A stretch of DNA of 64,000 bases from Escherichia phage DCP548: sequence record PQ671645.1. One strand, given 5' to 3'. Under the pieces are notes generated by a model. It was not told the DNA's origin. It worked only from the letters and a program-made list of their open reading frames with translations, and did no database searches. This document shows positions 37,447 through 46,302 of this stretch, one piece after another (position 1 is the stretch's first letter; every line of letters starts with the position of its first letter). A program made the position numbers and the translations under genes.

Positions 37447-37776
37447 TTATACTCTAGGCTTTTGAGCTTGTTTGGTATTGGATTCCCATGCGGCTTTGGT
37501 AATTTTGTTAGCGGCATAACCAAAGGCATTAGATAGAACACCTTTAGAGTTGAATACATCCAATCCAATAAGTACACCGGCCGCGTTAAATTTAGGAGCA
37601 AAGTATGCATTAGTTTTAGAAAGAGCTTTTTTCAATTCAGGGTCTTGAACCAAACCATCAAAAACGCCTTTACTATTTACTTTATATGTTACTTTGGGAT
37701 TTTTACCTTCTTCGATAGCAGCTTTCTGTTCCGCAGATAATGTAACTTCAGTGATAAACTCTTGATACGTTTTCAT
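37447..37776 (-). CDS. Capsid internal protein (CTS-bearing; ipII/ipIII-type)
   Basis: N-terminal capsid targeting sequence MKTYQEFITE with a prohead-protease L/I-x-E site. Confidence 0.6.
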   Translation of the reverse strand: MKTYQEFITEVTLSAEQKAAIEEGKNPKVTYKVNSKGVFDGLVQDPELKKALSKTNAYFAPKFNAAGVLIGLDVFNSKGVLSNAFGYAANKITKAAWESNTKQAQKPRV

Positions 37777-37801
37777 TTTGTTCCTATTGTTTTAATTTAT
37801 G

Positions 37802-38116
37802 TTATTCTTTAGGGAAGTTTTTAGAGTATGCATCATAAAGTTTATTACCAATACGGCGGAAGACTTTAGCTGCAAAACGGTTTTCAGGGTTTTTAATCAT
37901 GATTTGCATCATGTAAGTTCCTGCATCCGAAAGAGCTTCTTCATAGTACCCATTAATTTCTTTAAGAGTCCTACGTTTACCACCAGGACCATCAACAGTA
38001 ATTTTCCATTTACCTGTAGAAGTGCGGCTCGGTGGCTCAACTTGTTCAATCCAAATATAACCACCTTCAACGCGTTGGTTGGCGGATTCTGCAATAAATT
38101 CTTTATACGTTTTCAT
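37802..38116 (-). CDS. Capsid internal protein (CTS-bearing)
   Basis: N-terminal MKTYKEFIAES. Confidence 0.6.
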   Translation of the reverse strand: MKTYKEFIAESANQRVEGGYIWIEQVEPPSRTSTGKWKITVDGPGGKRRTLKEINGYYEEALSDAGTYMMQIMIKNPENRFAAKVFRRIGNKLYDAYSKNFPKE

Positions 38117-38180
38117 TTTTTGTTTCCTTGTTTGTTTTGATAGAGTAATTATACCATATTAATACTTAAGCGTAAACAAT

Positions 38181-38441
38181 TTAAGCTTTACCGCCAGAAA
38201 TAATTCCGAAGTTGTTAAAATCGTATCCAATATCGTCAACATCTACTTTAGGACTTACTACAACATAAGCAATTTCACTACGTTTTGCATAGGTGTTGAT
38301 TTCTTTACCATCGCCACCTAAGAAAGAATACCCATTACGTTTTAATGAGCCAAAGTCTTCCGCATCACCAATGAAAGCTTTAACTTTAAATTTGGGGTCT
38401 TTGGCATCTGCTTCAGTGATAAATTCTTGATACATTTTCAT
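38181..38441 (-). CDS. Capsid internal protein (CTS-bearing)
   Basis: N-terminal MKMYQEFITEA. Confidence 0.55.
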   Translation of the reverse strand: MKMYQEFITEADAKDPKFKVKAFIGDAEDFGSLKRNGYSFLGGDGKEINTYAKRSEIAYVVVSPKVDVDDIGYDFNNFGIISGGKA

Positions 38442-38447
38442 TTTTCC

Positions 38448-38861
38448 TTAGTAAATTGATTTACCATAGTATTTGTACCAAGTCGGACGTTGAGCAATTT
38501 TTTCGTCTAAGCGTGCTTGACTTATCGCAATGGACGCTTCGGACGGGACATAATTATTACGAAATTCGGCAGGGATGTCGGAAATATCCTGGACAGTCGT
38601 GTCCTTGATTTTGAAACCACGTTTCAAGCATTCGGCGATTAGCTCGATTTGACGTAAACGTAAAAATTCGAGTTTGTCGTAAAAGAATGTTACGTGACCT
38701 GTGCCTAAGATAAATGTTGGAGAGATTTTAAAATCCTTGACACGTTTACCATTTTGAACATGTTTACGGACTGCACCAAATACGCGTGGTAATTCACGAT
38801 ACTCGGCCATAAGATGTTGGTCAGTCAGTTCAGAAACAAGTGTTAAATTGATACGAGTCAT
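38448..38861 (-). CDS. denV: Endonuclease V (pyrimidine dimer DNA glycosylase)
   Basis: Near-identical to remembered T4 endo V ([34 protein letters not shown]). Confidence 0.95.
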   Translation of the reverse strand: MTRINLTLVSELTDQHLMAEYRELPRVFGAVRKHVQNGKRVKDFKISPTFILGTGHVTFFYDKLEFLRLRQIELIAECLKRGFKIKDTTVQDISDIPAEFRNNYVPSEASIAISQARLDEKIAQRPTWYKYYGKSIY

Positions 38862-38919
38862 AATTTCCTCCAAGTAGTTGATGAATGTATAGTATCAAAA
38901 CCCTTGGAGGAAGTAAACA

Positions 38920-39201
38920 CTATTTTTCTGAAGCGCCTGAAATATATTTTTCAAGACGTTGTTTCATCAGCGAGCCGTTCTTAGCGATTTCTTCCGGTTT
39001 ATCGCACATACGTAACAAGGCTTCAAGCTTAGCGATATCGCTGGTACGTTCAAATTTGCGAGTATCTATCTTACTAGCAAGTTCAGAAATACGTGCTAAT
39101 AGACTTTCGGCTTCAACCAAAGCTGCACCTAACTTAGTTGCAAATGTGTCAGTAGCTTCGTTAAGAATAGATTCTGATAAAAATTCACTATATGTTTTCA
39201 T
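38920..39201 (-). CDS. Capsid internal protein (CTS-bearing)
   Basis: Internal Met begins [11 protein letters not shown]; the track start is an upstream extension. Confidence 0.5.
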   Translation of the reverse strand: MKTYSEFLSESILNEATDTFATKLGAALVEAESLLARISELASKIDTRKFERTSDIAKLEALLRMCDKPEEIAKNGSLMKQRLEKYISGASEK

Positions 39202-39686
39202 ATATACGCTTTCCAAGTTCCTGTTTTAAATGTTGAGATTACGCGTTTCGCGCGATTAGGTGTCTGACGATACCATTTAGATTGTGCTAGATTTACTGCC
39301 GCTTCATCCCAACGTTTCTGTTGAAGCATACGAAGAGAATTAGTAAAACCAGCGACGCCTGCTACACCCATTTGGAAGACCATATTGACCAATGCACATC
39401 GACGAACCGCATCTAAAGAATCATATACCGGTTTAAGTTTAACATTACCCAAGATTCCGCGAACAGCTTTATCAACGTCTTCGTTAAATAACTTTTCAGC
39501 CTCATCAAGGGTAATTGTACCGTTGCATTTACGCCCGATCATTCTGTCAAGTTCAGCTTTAGCTACAGCTAAAGACGGGTTCTTTGTTACTAAATGACCT
39601 ATGCCAATTGTCCAAAAGCCTTCAGTGTCTTTGTATAAAGTCAGTCTAAGACCTTCGTCATTACGAAGCATTTCAAATATATTCAT
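39198..39686 (-). CDS. e: Lysozyme (endolysin, T4 e-type)
   Basis: [27 protein letters not shown]; close match to T4 lysozyme. Confidence 0.95.
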   Translation of the reverse strand: MNIFEMLRNDEGLRLTLYKDTEGFWTIGIGHLVTKNPSLAVAKAELDRMIGRKCNGTITLDEAEKLFNEDVDKAVRGILGNVKLKPVYDSLDAVRRCALVNMVFQMGVAGVAGFTNSLRMLQQKRWDEAAVNLAQSKWYRQTPNRAKRVISTFKTGTWKAYI

Positions 39687-39720
39687 AATACCTCCCACGT
39701 TTATAGGAGGTATTTATTAC

Positions 39721-40179
39721 TTATAGGATGGTAGTGAGCACCTTATATAATGATTTGCCCATTACATATTCCCACTGAGAAGGTTTAATTAAAGCGAATG
39801 CATCAAATTCAGGAATCTGTCGTCCGTCTGGGAACGTATGATAGGAATTACAAACACTGTTTCTGAATTGCTCGTGCTCTACAGGGATGGTATATAGGAA
39901 CAGATGAATATTCTTATTGTCTGAGTAATGATGTTCACCTAGGTCTTTCAGGAAGGCGGGGTCATATTGTGTAAACCCAGTTTCTTCTTCGCATTCACGA
40001 ATAGCGGCTTCGATAGGAGATTCACCGGGCTCGACACGACCTTTAGGAATATCCCAGCGATGAGCTAATGCACCTTTAGGACGAGAACCAGTTACACGCC
40101 CCATGAATAATTCTTTATCTTCGGTAAGGAAAATAATACCAGCTGATAATTCTTTCACTTTATTTTTCTTACTCATCAT
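39721..40179 (-). CDS. nudE: Nudix hydrolase
   Basis: Nudix box GRVEPGESPIEAAIRECEEETG; downstream of e as in T4. Confidence 0.8.
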   Translation of the reverse strand: MMSKKNKVKELSAGIIFLTEDKELFMGRVTGSRPKGALAHRWDIPKGRVEPGESPIEAAIRECEEETGFTQYDPAFLKDLGEHHYSDNKNIHLFLYTIPVEHEQFRNSVCNSYHTFPDGRQIPEFDAFALIKPSQWEYVMGKSLYKVLTTIL

Positions 40180-40405
40180 CTCGGTCCCATGATTTGGCCA
40201 TTAATTCGGACATAAATTCTTCAATGCGCGTTTCTTTAGATGGACTTTCACTATTAGAGACCGCAAGTTTGTAATCTGCAATAGGACAGAACATATCAAG
40301 GTCCATATTAAGGTCGTCTTTGATTTTTTCTTCTGACACATCTTTATCGTATGTGTACAGATAACTATCACATGATTCTGATTTAATGTAAATTGCTATA
40401 CTCAT
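40169..40405 (-). CDS. Hypothetical acidic protein
   Basis: Start at the internal ATG (MSIAIYIK) with SD. Confidence 0.35.
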   Translation of the reverse strand: MSIAIYIKSESCDSYLYTYDKDVSEEKIKDDLNMDLDMFCPIADYKLAVSNSESPSKETRIEEFMSELMAKSWDRDDE

Positions 40406-40893
40406 CTCAAATTCCTGCATTCGGTAATAAAACGTTCAACTTCATTATTCTTGGCTTTTATCTTGTCTTTATGTTCTTGTAAACTACTTTTAATAAGATT
40501 AATAATGATGCCTACAGTACCTCCACCAATTATACCGCCAATTATACTTACGATAGTAGATGCTAATAAGATAGCAATAATATCAACAAAACCGAAAGAA
40601 CTCACCTTAGTACTAAAAAACCACACTGATGGTACAAATATAATCCATCCTGTTATCCATTGACACTTATTGAAAAACTTTTCAAGCTCAGCTTGAGTTG
40701 TTCGTATTACTTCATCGATAGGTTGATAACCATTAATATGTCTGTTCACGATAATACCTGCTGGCTGGTCGATTTTAAATTCTTGGCAAATACGTTTCAC
40801 TAAGTAGGATGGACATCCTGTCCAATCCACTGAATAGTACGAAATACCTTCATTGCCGTCGTCAATATTAGACCAATATGTTTTGTTAATCAT
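40402..40893 (-). CDS. Membrane protein with C-terminal ERFITECR tail
   Basis: 163 aa; N-terminal soluble part, two hydrophobic helices, conserved C-terminal motif. Confidence 0.4.
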   Translation of the reverse strand: MINKTYWSNIDDGNEGISYYSVDWTGCPSYLVKRICQEFKIDQPAGIIVNRHINGYQPIDEVIRTTQAELEKFFNKCQWITGWIIFVPSVWFFSTKVSSFGFVDIIAILLASTIVSIIGGIIGGGTVGIIINLIKSSLQEHKDKIKAKNNEVERFITECRNLR

Positions 40894-41579
40894 TACCAGC
40901 CTTCCATAGGGAATTCCAGATAAACTTGAGCGTTGACACGAATTTCGTTGGTAATCTTTTTAACTCGGTCTGTATTACGAGATACACGTCCGAACCAACG
41001 CCATCCATTACTAATTGCACGAGAACCAGTGTGCCATGTTTGCCAATCAAACTGAAGAAGAGTACGGTCTGGAGCTTCCCATTTCTCTAGTTCGCCTTTT
41101 TCGATTTTTTCGAGGACTTCTTTGTGCCACTGGCGATAGATAAGTTCGCCATCAGGAATCTGACTGAACTCTGCAGTTCCTGTTGCAAAATGAGTAGGAC
41201 ACACATCAGCGTTAACAAGACCAAGAATATGTTCAGAATGGTAACGAGGGTTGTCATAATCAGGTTGTCCTGCAGTAATAAAGTGTTGACCAACCGGAAT
41301 ATCCGGGCGTGGTACATCATCATGGTGATAACCTGGGATAGCAGGGTACCAACCGGGCATCAGCATGTGGACTCGTGAATCAAATACAACCTGGTCGGTG
41401 TTCCAATCATCAGGCAAGTTCATGATGAAGCTGCGAGTAATAGGACCACCGTTATTATAAGCAAATTCTAAACTACAGTTGAAGAACATAGGCTCGTTTT
41501 TAATCTGGTCATTTTTAATCGCATGAGCAAAACCACCTACTGCACGAGCTTGACTATTAAACACTTTAGAACTATTCAT
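40893..41579 (-). CDS. Hypothetical protein; possible Fe(II)/2OG-dioxygenase-like fold (weak)
   Basis: Start moved to the ATG with SD (MNSSKVF...). HHDD ... H ... R pattern is only suggestive. Confidence 0.35.
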   Translation of the reverse strand: MNSSKVFNSQARAVGGFAHAIKNDQIKNEPMFFNCSLEFAYNNGGPITRSFIMNLPDDWNTDQVVFDSRVHMLMPGWYPAIPGYHHDDVPRPDIPVGQHFITAGQPDYDNPRYHSEHILGLVNADVCPTHFATGTAEFSQIPDGELIYRQWHKEVLEKIEKGELEKWEAPDRTLLQFDWQTWHTGSRAISNGWRWFGRVSRNTDRVKKITNEIRVNAQVYLEFPMEGW

Positions 41580-41580
41580 A

Positions 41581-41886
41581 TTATTTTCCTCGACATTCTT
41601 TAACAAAATTTTCTAAATCTGTTGATTCAATAGCTTTTTTACGAGCTTCAGCGTGTTCTTCTTCAGTTAATCTACGTTTAAACTTGACCCAAACATTATG
41701 GTCGAAACCTGTTGTCGCGTATAATAACAGAGCACCAACGAATAACAAAAACGGTGATAAAAATACACAACCAGGAACACCGTCCATGCCATAGGCCTTT
41801 TGTAATACTGCAACAGAAAGCACAGCATAAAAAGGTGATGTAAGTATCGTTAAAAGGCCAATTCGGTTGGTTTCGGATAATTTCAT
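41581..41886 (-). CDS. Small membrane protein with C-terminal ENFVKECR tail
   Basis: Start at the ATG with GAGGAG SD (MKLSETN...); the track start is GTG inside the upstream promoter cassette. Confidence 0.4.
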   Translation of the reverse strand: MKLSETNRIGLLTILTSPFYAVLSVAVLQKAYGMDGVPGCVFLSPFLLFVGALLLYATTGFDHNVWVKFKRRLTEEEHAEARKKAIESTDLENFVKECRGK

Positions 41887-41902
41887 AATATTCTCCTCAT
41901 GT

Positions 41903-41940
41903 TTAATAGGACTACTATAACATAGTCCTATCAGTTTGTA
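41903..41940 (-). promoter_or_regulatory. Early promoter with embedded 9-bp perfect stem-loop (PeSL-like cassette)
   Basis: Plus strand ataggacta-ctataaca-tagtcctat followed by tgtacac; in sense orientation -35 GTACAA/TTTACA-like and -10 TTATAG within the loop. Confidence 0.45.
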
Positions 41941-41943
41941 CAC

Positions 41944-42162
41944 TTATTTTGACATTTCTTCGATGTCACGACGATACCCATCACGAACTTCACGAAGAGC
42001 TTCAAGGCCACACATAGGCTCGATACCAGTAATGTGAACTTGATTAATCTGATACTCTACATCTTCTAACTGAGCGAAAACATAACGACGTTCTGCTTCA
42101 CAACCAGGTTTAGCTTTACCGAAACGTTTATTCAAAGTAGTCATTTTTATATCTCCATTCAC
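41944..42162 (-). CDS. Hypothetical protein
   Basis: 72 aa ORF. Confidence 0.35.
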   Translation of the reverse strand: MNGDIKMTTLNKRFGKAKPGCEAERRYVFAQLEDVEYQINQVHITGIEPMCGLEALREVRDGYRRDIEEMSK

Positions 42163-42224
42163 TCATTTGTTTTGATAGGTCTATAGTATCAACAACTACA
42201 GACCTTGTAAACTGTTTTGTGAAA

Positions 42225-43181
42225 TTATTTGAAAGGTTTTACCATATGAAAGTTTTGTTTGAAACGCTTGACGTAATCGTCGTGTCCTAAGCTTTGGTAC
42301 ATACTTACTACTTTGCTATAATTTTCCCAAGCGAACTCACGGAACCATCCTGATGTGATTGATGTACAGACCTTTTCAAGGGCCATCATAAAACTATCAC
42401 GTGGATGGATTTTAAAGTCGTTAGGAATCTGTGAACGTTCAAGAGCTAATACACAAGCTTCTTCATATACACCGGCTAATTTGACCATTTCTGGTAACGA
42501 TTCGAACTTCTCGCGTGAGGTCATGACTTCAGAACCGTCTTTCATATAAAATGTATACGCTGGACGGTCTGTTAGTGCAATGGCTTCATGAATAGTATCA
42601 TGGTCATACGTATAGATGTCATCTTTAAAGAACGCACTTTTAGAAGTGTCAAGAACTGGGTGAGCATAGTTCAAGGTTTCTTTCTGGCGTTTTAGCATAA
42701 TTTCAGTAAGTTCATCGTTCAGTGTAACACCTTTACCACGAAGATACTGAATATGGTTCATAGTCTTTAAAAAGAATGGATTATTTTTCTTGAAACGATG
42801 AGACATCTTAATTGCAAGACATATCTCAGGAGTTGCCCAATAAAACCCGTTCAAACGGTCTTTAGACAAATTTTTCTTGGCGTATTTTAAAAGGTCATAA
42901 GAAGACGTGAAATCTTCAGGAGTGAGTTCACCGACTAATTCACGGACATTAGTGATTGCCGGAACAATATATGCTTCAAAATGAGTTTCGCGTCCATTAT
43001 GGAAGCATTTGAAAACTTGGACATCAGGGTTATCTTGATGAACATATACACCCATCATTTGATTTTTGAATGCATTCCAAGAACCTTGGTCCGCAATAAA
43101 GTCCCAATCGCTATTTTTGATAGCGCTAGAATCAATAAGACCATGATAGTGAAGTGCACGAGAACCAATAACTAACATCAT
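42225..43181 (-). CDS. Nucleotidyltransferase-fold protein
   Basis: 318 aa; N-terminal IGSRALHYHGL-x8-DWDF (GS ... DxD minimal NTase motif). Confidence 0.4.
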   Translation of the reverse strand: MMLVIGSRALHYHGLIDSSAIKNSDWDFIADQGSWNAFKNQMMGVYVHQDNPDVQVFKCFHNGRETHFEAYIVPAITNVRELVGELTPEDFTSSYDLLKYAKKNLSKDRLNGFYWATPEICLAIKMSHRFKKNNPFFLKTMNHIQYLRGKGVTLNDELTEIMLKRQKETLNYAHPVLDTSKSAFFKDDIYTYDHDTIHEAIALTDRPAYTFYMKDGSEVMTSREKFESLPEMVKLAGVYEEACVLALERSQIPNDFKIHPRDSFMMALEKVCTSITSGWFREFAWENYSKVVSMYQSLGHDDYVKRFKQNFHMVKPFK

Positions 43182-43205
43182 AATATTTTCCTCGGATTAA
43201 TTAAC

Positions 43206-43445
43206 TTAAATTTCACGACATGCGATATTATATTCATCCCAGAGGTCGTCATGTGAAGCCTCTACCAATGGAACGATTGTACCGTTTATGTCTTCATTAT
43301 AAGGGCAAATTGTACAGTGCGCATCTTCGAATCGGATGCCTTTGTGTTCAGATTTTTTATAACGCATATCAAATATCTTTGCAAACTTTTCACGAGTAAT
43401 AGTTTTAGCAACTACTTCGGTTCCGATACTTTCGTAATAAATCAT
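43206..43445 (-). CDS. Hypothetical Cys-containing small protein
   Basis: Start set at the ATG with GGAG SD (MIYYESIG...). Confidence 0.35.
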   Translation of the reverse strand: MIYYESIGTEVVAKTITREKFAKIFDMRYKKSEHKGIRFEDAHCTICPYNEDINGTIVPLVEASHDDLWDEYNIACREI

Positions 43446-43473
43446 TGTAGACTCCATTTAATTTGATAGGGCT

Positions 43474-43503
43474 ACTATAACATAGCCCTATCTTGTTGTA
43501 AAC
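43474..43503 (-). promoter_or_regulatory. Early promoter (-35 TTTACA, 17-bp spacer, -10 TATAGT) with 9-bp stem-loop
   Basis: Stem atagggcta/tagccctat differs from the 41903 copy by a compensatory base-pair change. Confidence 0.5.
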
Positions 43504-43507
43504 TGTT

Positions 43508-43705
43508 TTAGCAAGAATAACTAGATGATACCCAGCCTTGAACAGTAATACTATTATTTGATAACGAGATTGCGTCCTGGAGATTCAGACCCGCATTATC
43601 TTCAATCCACAATGTAACTTCTTCACGCTCTTCGGTTGCAATCTGGAACAGGTTTTCCAGGGCAGCTACTGCCGTACGTACAGCACAATCTAATTCACGA
43701 GACAT
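43508..43705 (-). CDS. Small protein with C-terminal GWVSSSYSC motif (paralog family member)
   Basis: 65 aa. Confidence 0.4.
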   Translation of the reverse strand: MSRELDCAVRTAVAALENLFQIATEEREEVTLWIEDNAGLNLQDAISLSNNSITVQGWVSSSYSC

Positions 43706-43714
43706 ATGATTTCC

Positions 43715-43987
43715 TTAACAAGTGTGAGAAGATGCAACCCAACCACCATCTTCAAGGCTCAAGTTGTAGTCGTATTGGTAAACGTCAGCCCATTCAGCAT
43801 AACCGTTTTTTGTACAACGTTCAAGATCGGCTTTAAGATGTCCTGGTGAATGATAGGTTCCACCCATGCCATAAGCTGGATACAAGTCGAATGTTGTGTT
43901 TTGTTTATCAGCAATTTCTTTGGCAGCCTCAATAGCTGCATAGATTTTTGCTACGGCTTCAGCCAGTTCGGTTTGTTCTTTAGACAT
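43715..43987 (-). CDS. Small protein with C-terminal GGWVASSHTC motif (paralog family member)
   Basis: 90 aa. Confidence 0.4.
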   Translation of the reverse strand: MSKEQTELAEAVAKIYAAIEAAKEIADKQNTTFDLYPAYGMGGTYHSPGHLKADLERCTKNGYAEWADVYQYDYNLSLEDGGWVASSHTC

Positions 43988-43996
43988 AATGATTCC

Positions 43997-44302
43997 TTAG
44001 CACAACGCAGAAGACGAAACCCAAGCACCTTCAGTAATAATGTAACCATTACCTTCACGCTTAACATCGCCACCATTATTTTCAATTTCATCTTTCATCC
44101 ACTGGGATACGATTTCACCCTTAGGATAATAAGTACGACCACTACCATAATCACCTACAGAAAATGATACGGCATATTGGTCTGCGATCTTTGTTGCTTC
44201 TTCTTCGATACGTTCAGCTTGATTCAGAAGTTTATAAATTGCATCTGAAGCGGATTTGGCATCATTAAACTCTGGTACTTTAATTTCAATAATCTTACTC
44301 AT
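43997..44302 (-). CDS. Small protein with C-terminal GAWVSSSALC motif (paralog family member)
   Basis: Start at the ATG with AAGGA SD (MSKIIEIKV...). Confidence 0.4.
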   Translation of the reverse strand: MSKIIEIKVPEFNDAKSASDAIYKLLNQAERIEEEATKIADQYAVSFSVGDYGSGRTYYPKGEIVSQWMKDEIENNGGDVKREGNGYIITEGAWVSSSALC

Positions 44303-44657
44303 TTCTACATTCCTTAATAAAGTTTTCGATTGTTTCATTTTCACGTCTAGCTAGGAGTTCATTATAACTAATCATTTGAGAAGCGTAAACCTTTTTATTT
44401 TTCTTGTTATGGTTTATAAAATCGTAGTAAAAATAGACTACAGTACAAAAGGATGCGATGGATGCAAAGGCTTGGGTATACCTTAAGTCCTGCCATTGGT
44501 CTGTGAATCCACCAGTGTTCCCTATAAATCCTAACACAACGCCGTCAATAAGAAATCCAACTAATCCAAAGGCAAATCCCATGCCAATACTCATAATAAA
44601 AATTAGAATGTTCTCACCAAGAGAAGGCCATACGGTTAAGAGTTGAGGCTTTTGCAT
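44295..44657 (-). CDS. Membrane protein with C-terminal ENFIKECR tail
   Basis: 120 aa; hydrophobic helices; conserved tail. Confidence 0.4.
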   Translation of the reverse strand: MQKPQLLTVWPSLGENILIFIMSIGMGFAFGLVGFLIDGVVLGFIGNTGGFTDQWQDLRYTQAFASIASFCTVVYFYYDFINHNKKNKKVYASQMISYNELLARRENETIENFIKECRNE

Positions 44658-45031
44658 CTTATTTCCTTAACAAATTCCATAGCTTCTTCATATTCATACT
44701 TTTTAACAGCTTCATCATACTGAGCTTGGGCTTTTGCGCACTGAACTTTCCATTCTCTTAATCGGGCTCTGTGATGACGTCCTTGGTACCAATATCCCAC
44801 CCAGTTAATAGGCATTAATAAAAACGGTACAATAAGTGGTGCGACGAACATTAATGAAAATGCTGCATCAGACGATATAACTTTATTGGAATCTAAAATA
44901 GCTCCTATAATCATAAAGATTAAAAATGCTAAAGCTAAAATAGGACCAAACAACACTTCATTAGGAATTAATTTACGTTTGTATTCGTATGCCCAGGGCT
45001 TAATTGGCATGTATAGGGTTGGCTTTGACAT
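44636..45031 (-). CDS. Membrane protein with C-terminal EFVKEIRCK tail
   Basis: Start at the internal ATG (MSKPTLYMP...). Confidence 0.4.
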   Translation of the reverse strand: MSKPTLYMPIKPWAYEYKRKLIPNEVLFGPILALAFLIFMIIGAILDSNKVISSDAAFSLMFVAPLIVPFLLMPINWVGYWYQGRHHRARLREWKVQCAKAQAQYDEAVKKYEYEEAMEFVKEIRCKSLNS

Positions 45032-45617
45032 ATTCTCTACATTCCATAATAAATTGCTCAAGGATTAAATTGTTAGTGAAATTAGGACTAACAACCATGG
45101 TTTCATAAAGCGCATCAATAGCACTTAAAGCATCAACTCTCTTAAGCAAAGGCTTGCCTTCATACATAGTTTCAGAATCGACGATTAAAGTGAAGTAGTA
45201 TTTTTTATTATTGACCAGAACTTCTGTATCAATATAAAACATGTTAGACCTTAAAAGCTTGTCTCTAAAGCCTACGTAATCATCTGAACGTTCACTGATA
45301 TAGTCCCATTCAGTGTTTAAACAACAAACAGACCATGTAGGAGCAACGAAATCAGTGAATCTAATATCATGGTCTGCAACTAGTTTAGCAATAGCTCCGA
45401 TATCATGAATCATAATACCTGGGGCTAATAAAGATTTTCGGTTATTTGCATATTCAGTTGTCTCATAAGAAGACGACCAGTACCATTTACGTCCAGTTGC
45501 AACATATCGTAATGAATCAACTAAAGACGTAGGTGGATTTACCTTATCTCGGAACTCTTCGAACATTGAGTCAATATCATTATTTTGGTTTCGCATGTTA
45601 ACTCCTTTATTATCCAA
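45000..45617 (-). CDS. Hypothetical protein with C-terminal EQFIMECR tail
   Basis: 205 aa, soluble. Confidence 0.4.
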   Translation of the reverse strand: MDNKGVNMRNQNNDIDSMFEEFRDKVNPPTSLVDSLRYVATGRKWYWSSSYETTEYANNRKSLLAPGIMIHDIGAIAKLVADHDIRFTDFVAPTWSVCCLNTEWDYISERSDDYVGFRDKLLRSNMFYIDTEVLVNNKKYYFTLIVDSETMYEGKPLLKRVDALSAIDALYETMVVSPNFTNNLILEQFIMECREYVKANPIHAN

Positions 45618-45645
45618 AAGGAGGACCGGAGTCCTCCGTATTATT

Positions 45646-46239
45646 TTATTTCAAAGAGTTAATATATTCTTGTACATCAGCAGAAGTGGTTTCGACACCA
45701 GCCGGAGTGCCATTGAACGTTTCAACACGAGTCAGAGTGTCTTCGATATCAACCTTAGTCAGTGCAGCGATTTCAATTACATCATCAGCCGTAGAGATAC
45801 CAAGGGCATTGGCTGCTCGAGTTTCACGAATGTATTCGAGTTTGATTGCCAGATTCTGACGAGCATCATCAAGTTCAACCACCTTACGAGCAATTTCAAT
45901 TCGCATAGCGGCATACCCGTCAGCTTTTGTATTAAGTTGTTCGGCAGTTCGACGATACAGAAGACCAAGCTTAGCATGCATGGTAACATCTTGTCCTTCA
46001 GCCAGGAGCTTACGAATTTCACGTTCCTTAGAAGCGGCTTGCTTGTTCTTTTCATTAACAAGTTCGCGAATACGTTTTTCTTCATTAATAGATTTAACAG
46101 AAGCCGTTTTTAGTTCTTTGATTTGGGTAATCAACTTATCTGCAGCTGCGTTATACTGTTCTTCGACAGTCAGATTTTTAGCCATAGCAGTACCCAGTTT
46201 AGTGCGGATGAATTCAACAAGTTTTTTCAGTGTGTTCAT
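45646..46239 (-). CDS. Coiled-coil protein (possible PspA/IM30-like; weak)
   Basis: Start at the ATG with AAAGG SD ([10 protein letters not shown]...); helical heptad-rich sequence. Confidence 0.35.
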   Translation of the reverse strand: MNTLKKLVEFIRTKLGTAMAKNLTVEEQYNAAADKLITQIKELKTASVKSINEEKRIRELVNEKNKQAASKEREIRKLLAEGQDVTMHAKLGLLYRRTAEQLNTKADGYAAMRIEIARKVVELDDARQNLAIKLEYIRETRAANALGISTADDVIEIAALTKVDIEDTLTRVETFNGTPAGVETTSADVQEYINSLK

Positions 46240-46261
46240 ATTATTACCTTTCAATTGGTGG

Positions 46262-46302
46262 TTTATTATCCAATGAGAGCATTATACTCTGCTCTCAAGA
46301 GT
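46262..46302 (-). promoter_or_regulatory. Early promoter (-35 TTTACA, 17-bp spacer, -10 TATAAT); near-identical copy of the 15560 element
   Basis: Minus strand aaaaaataaTTTACAaactcttgagagcagagTATAATgctctcattgg. Confidence 0.55.

Noticed and set aside
37392-37610. 72-aa minus-strand ORF
   Set aside because: Overlaps the start of the CTS-bearing internal protein gene and the GC-rich spacer; no SD and an unlikely composition.
40402-45617. Treating the F-x-K-E-C-R tail as a definite protein domain
   Set aside because: The motif coincides with the downstream SD/start region in every case, so nucleotide-level conservation cannot be excluded; reported as an open question.
45595-46113. 172-aa plus-strand ORF overlapping 45000-46254
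   Set aside because: Antisense to two minus-strand genes that have promoters and SD sequences; no translation signals of its own.
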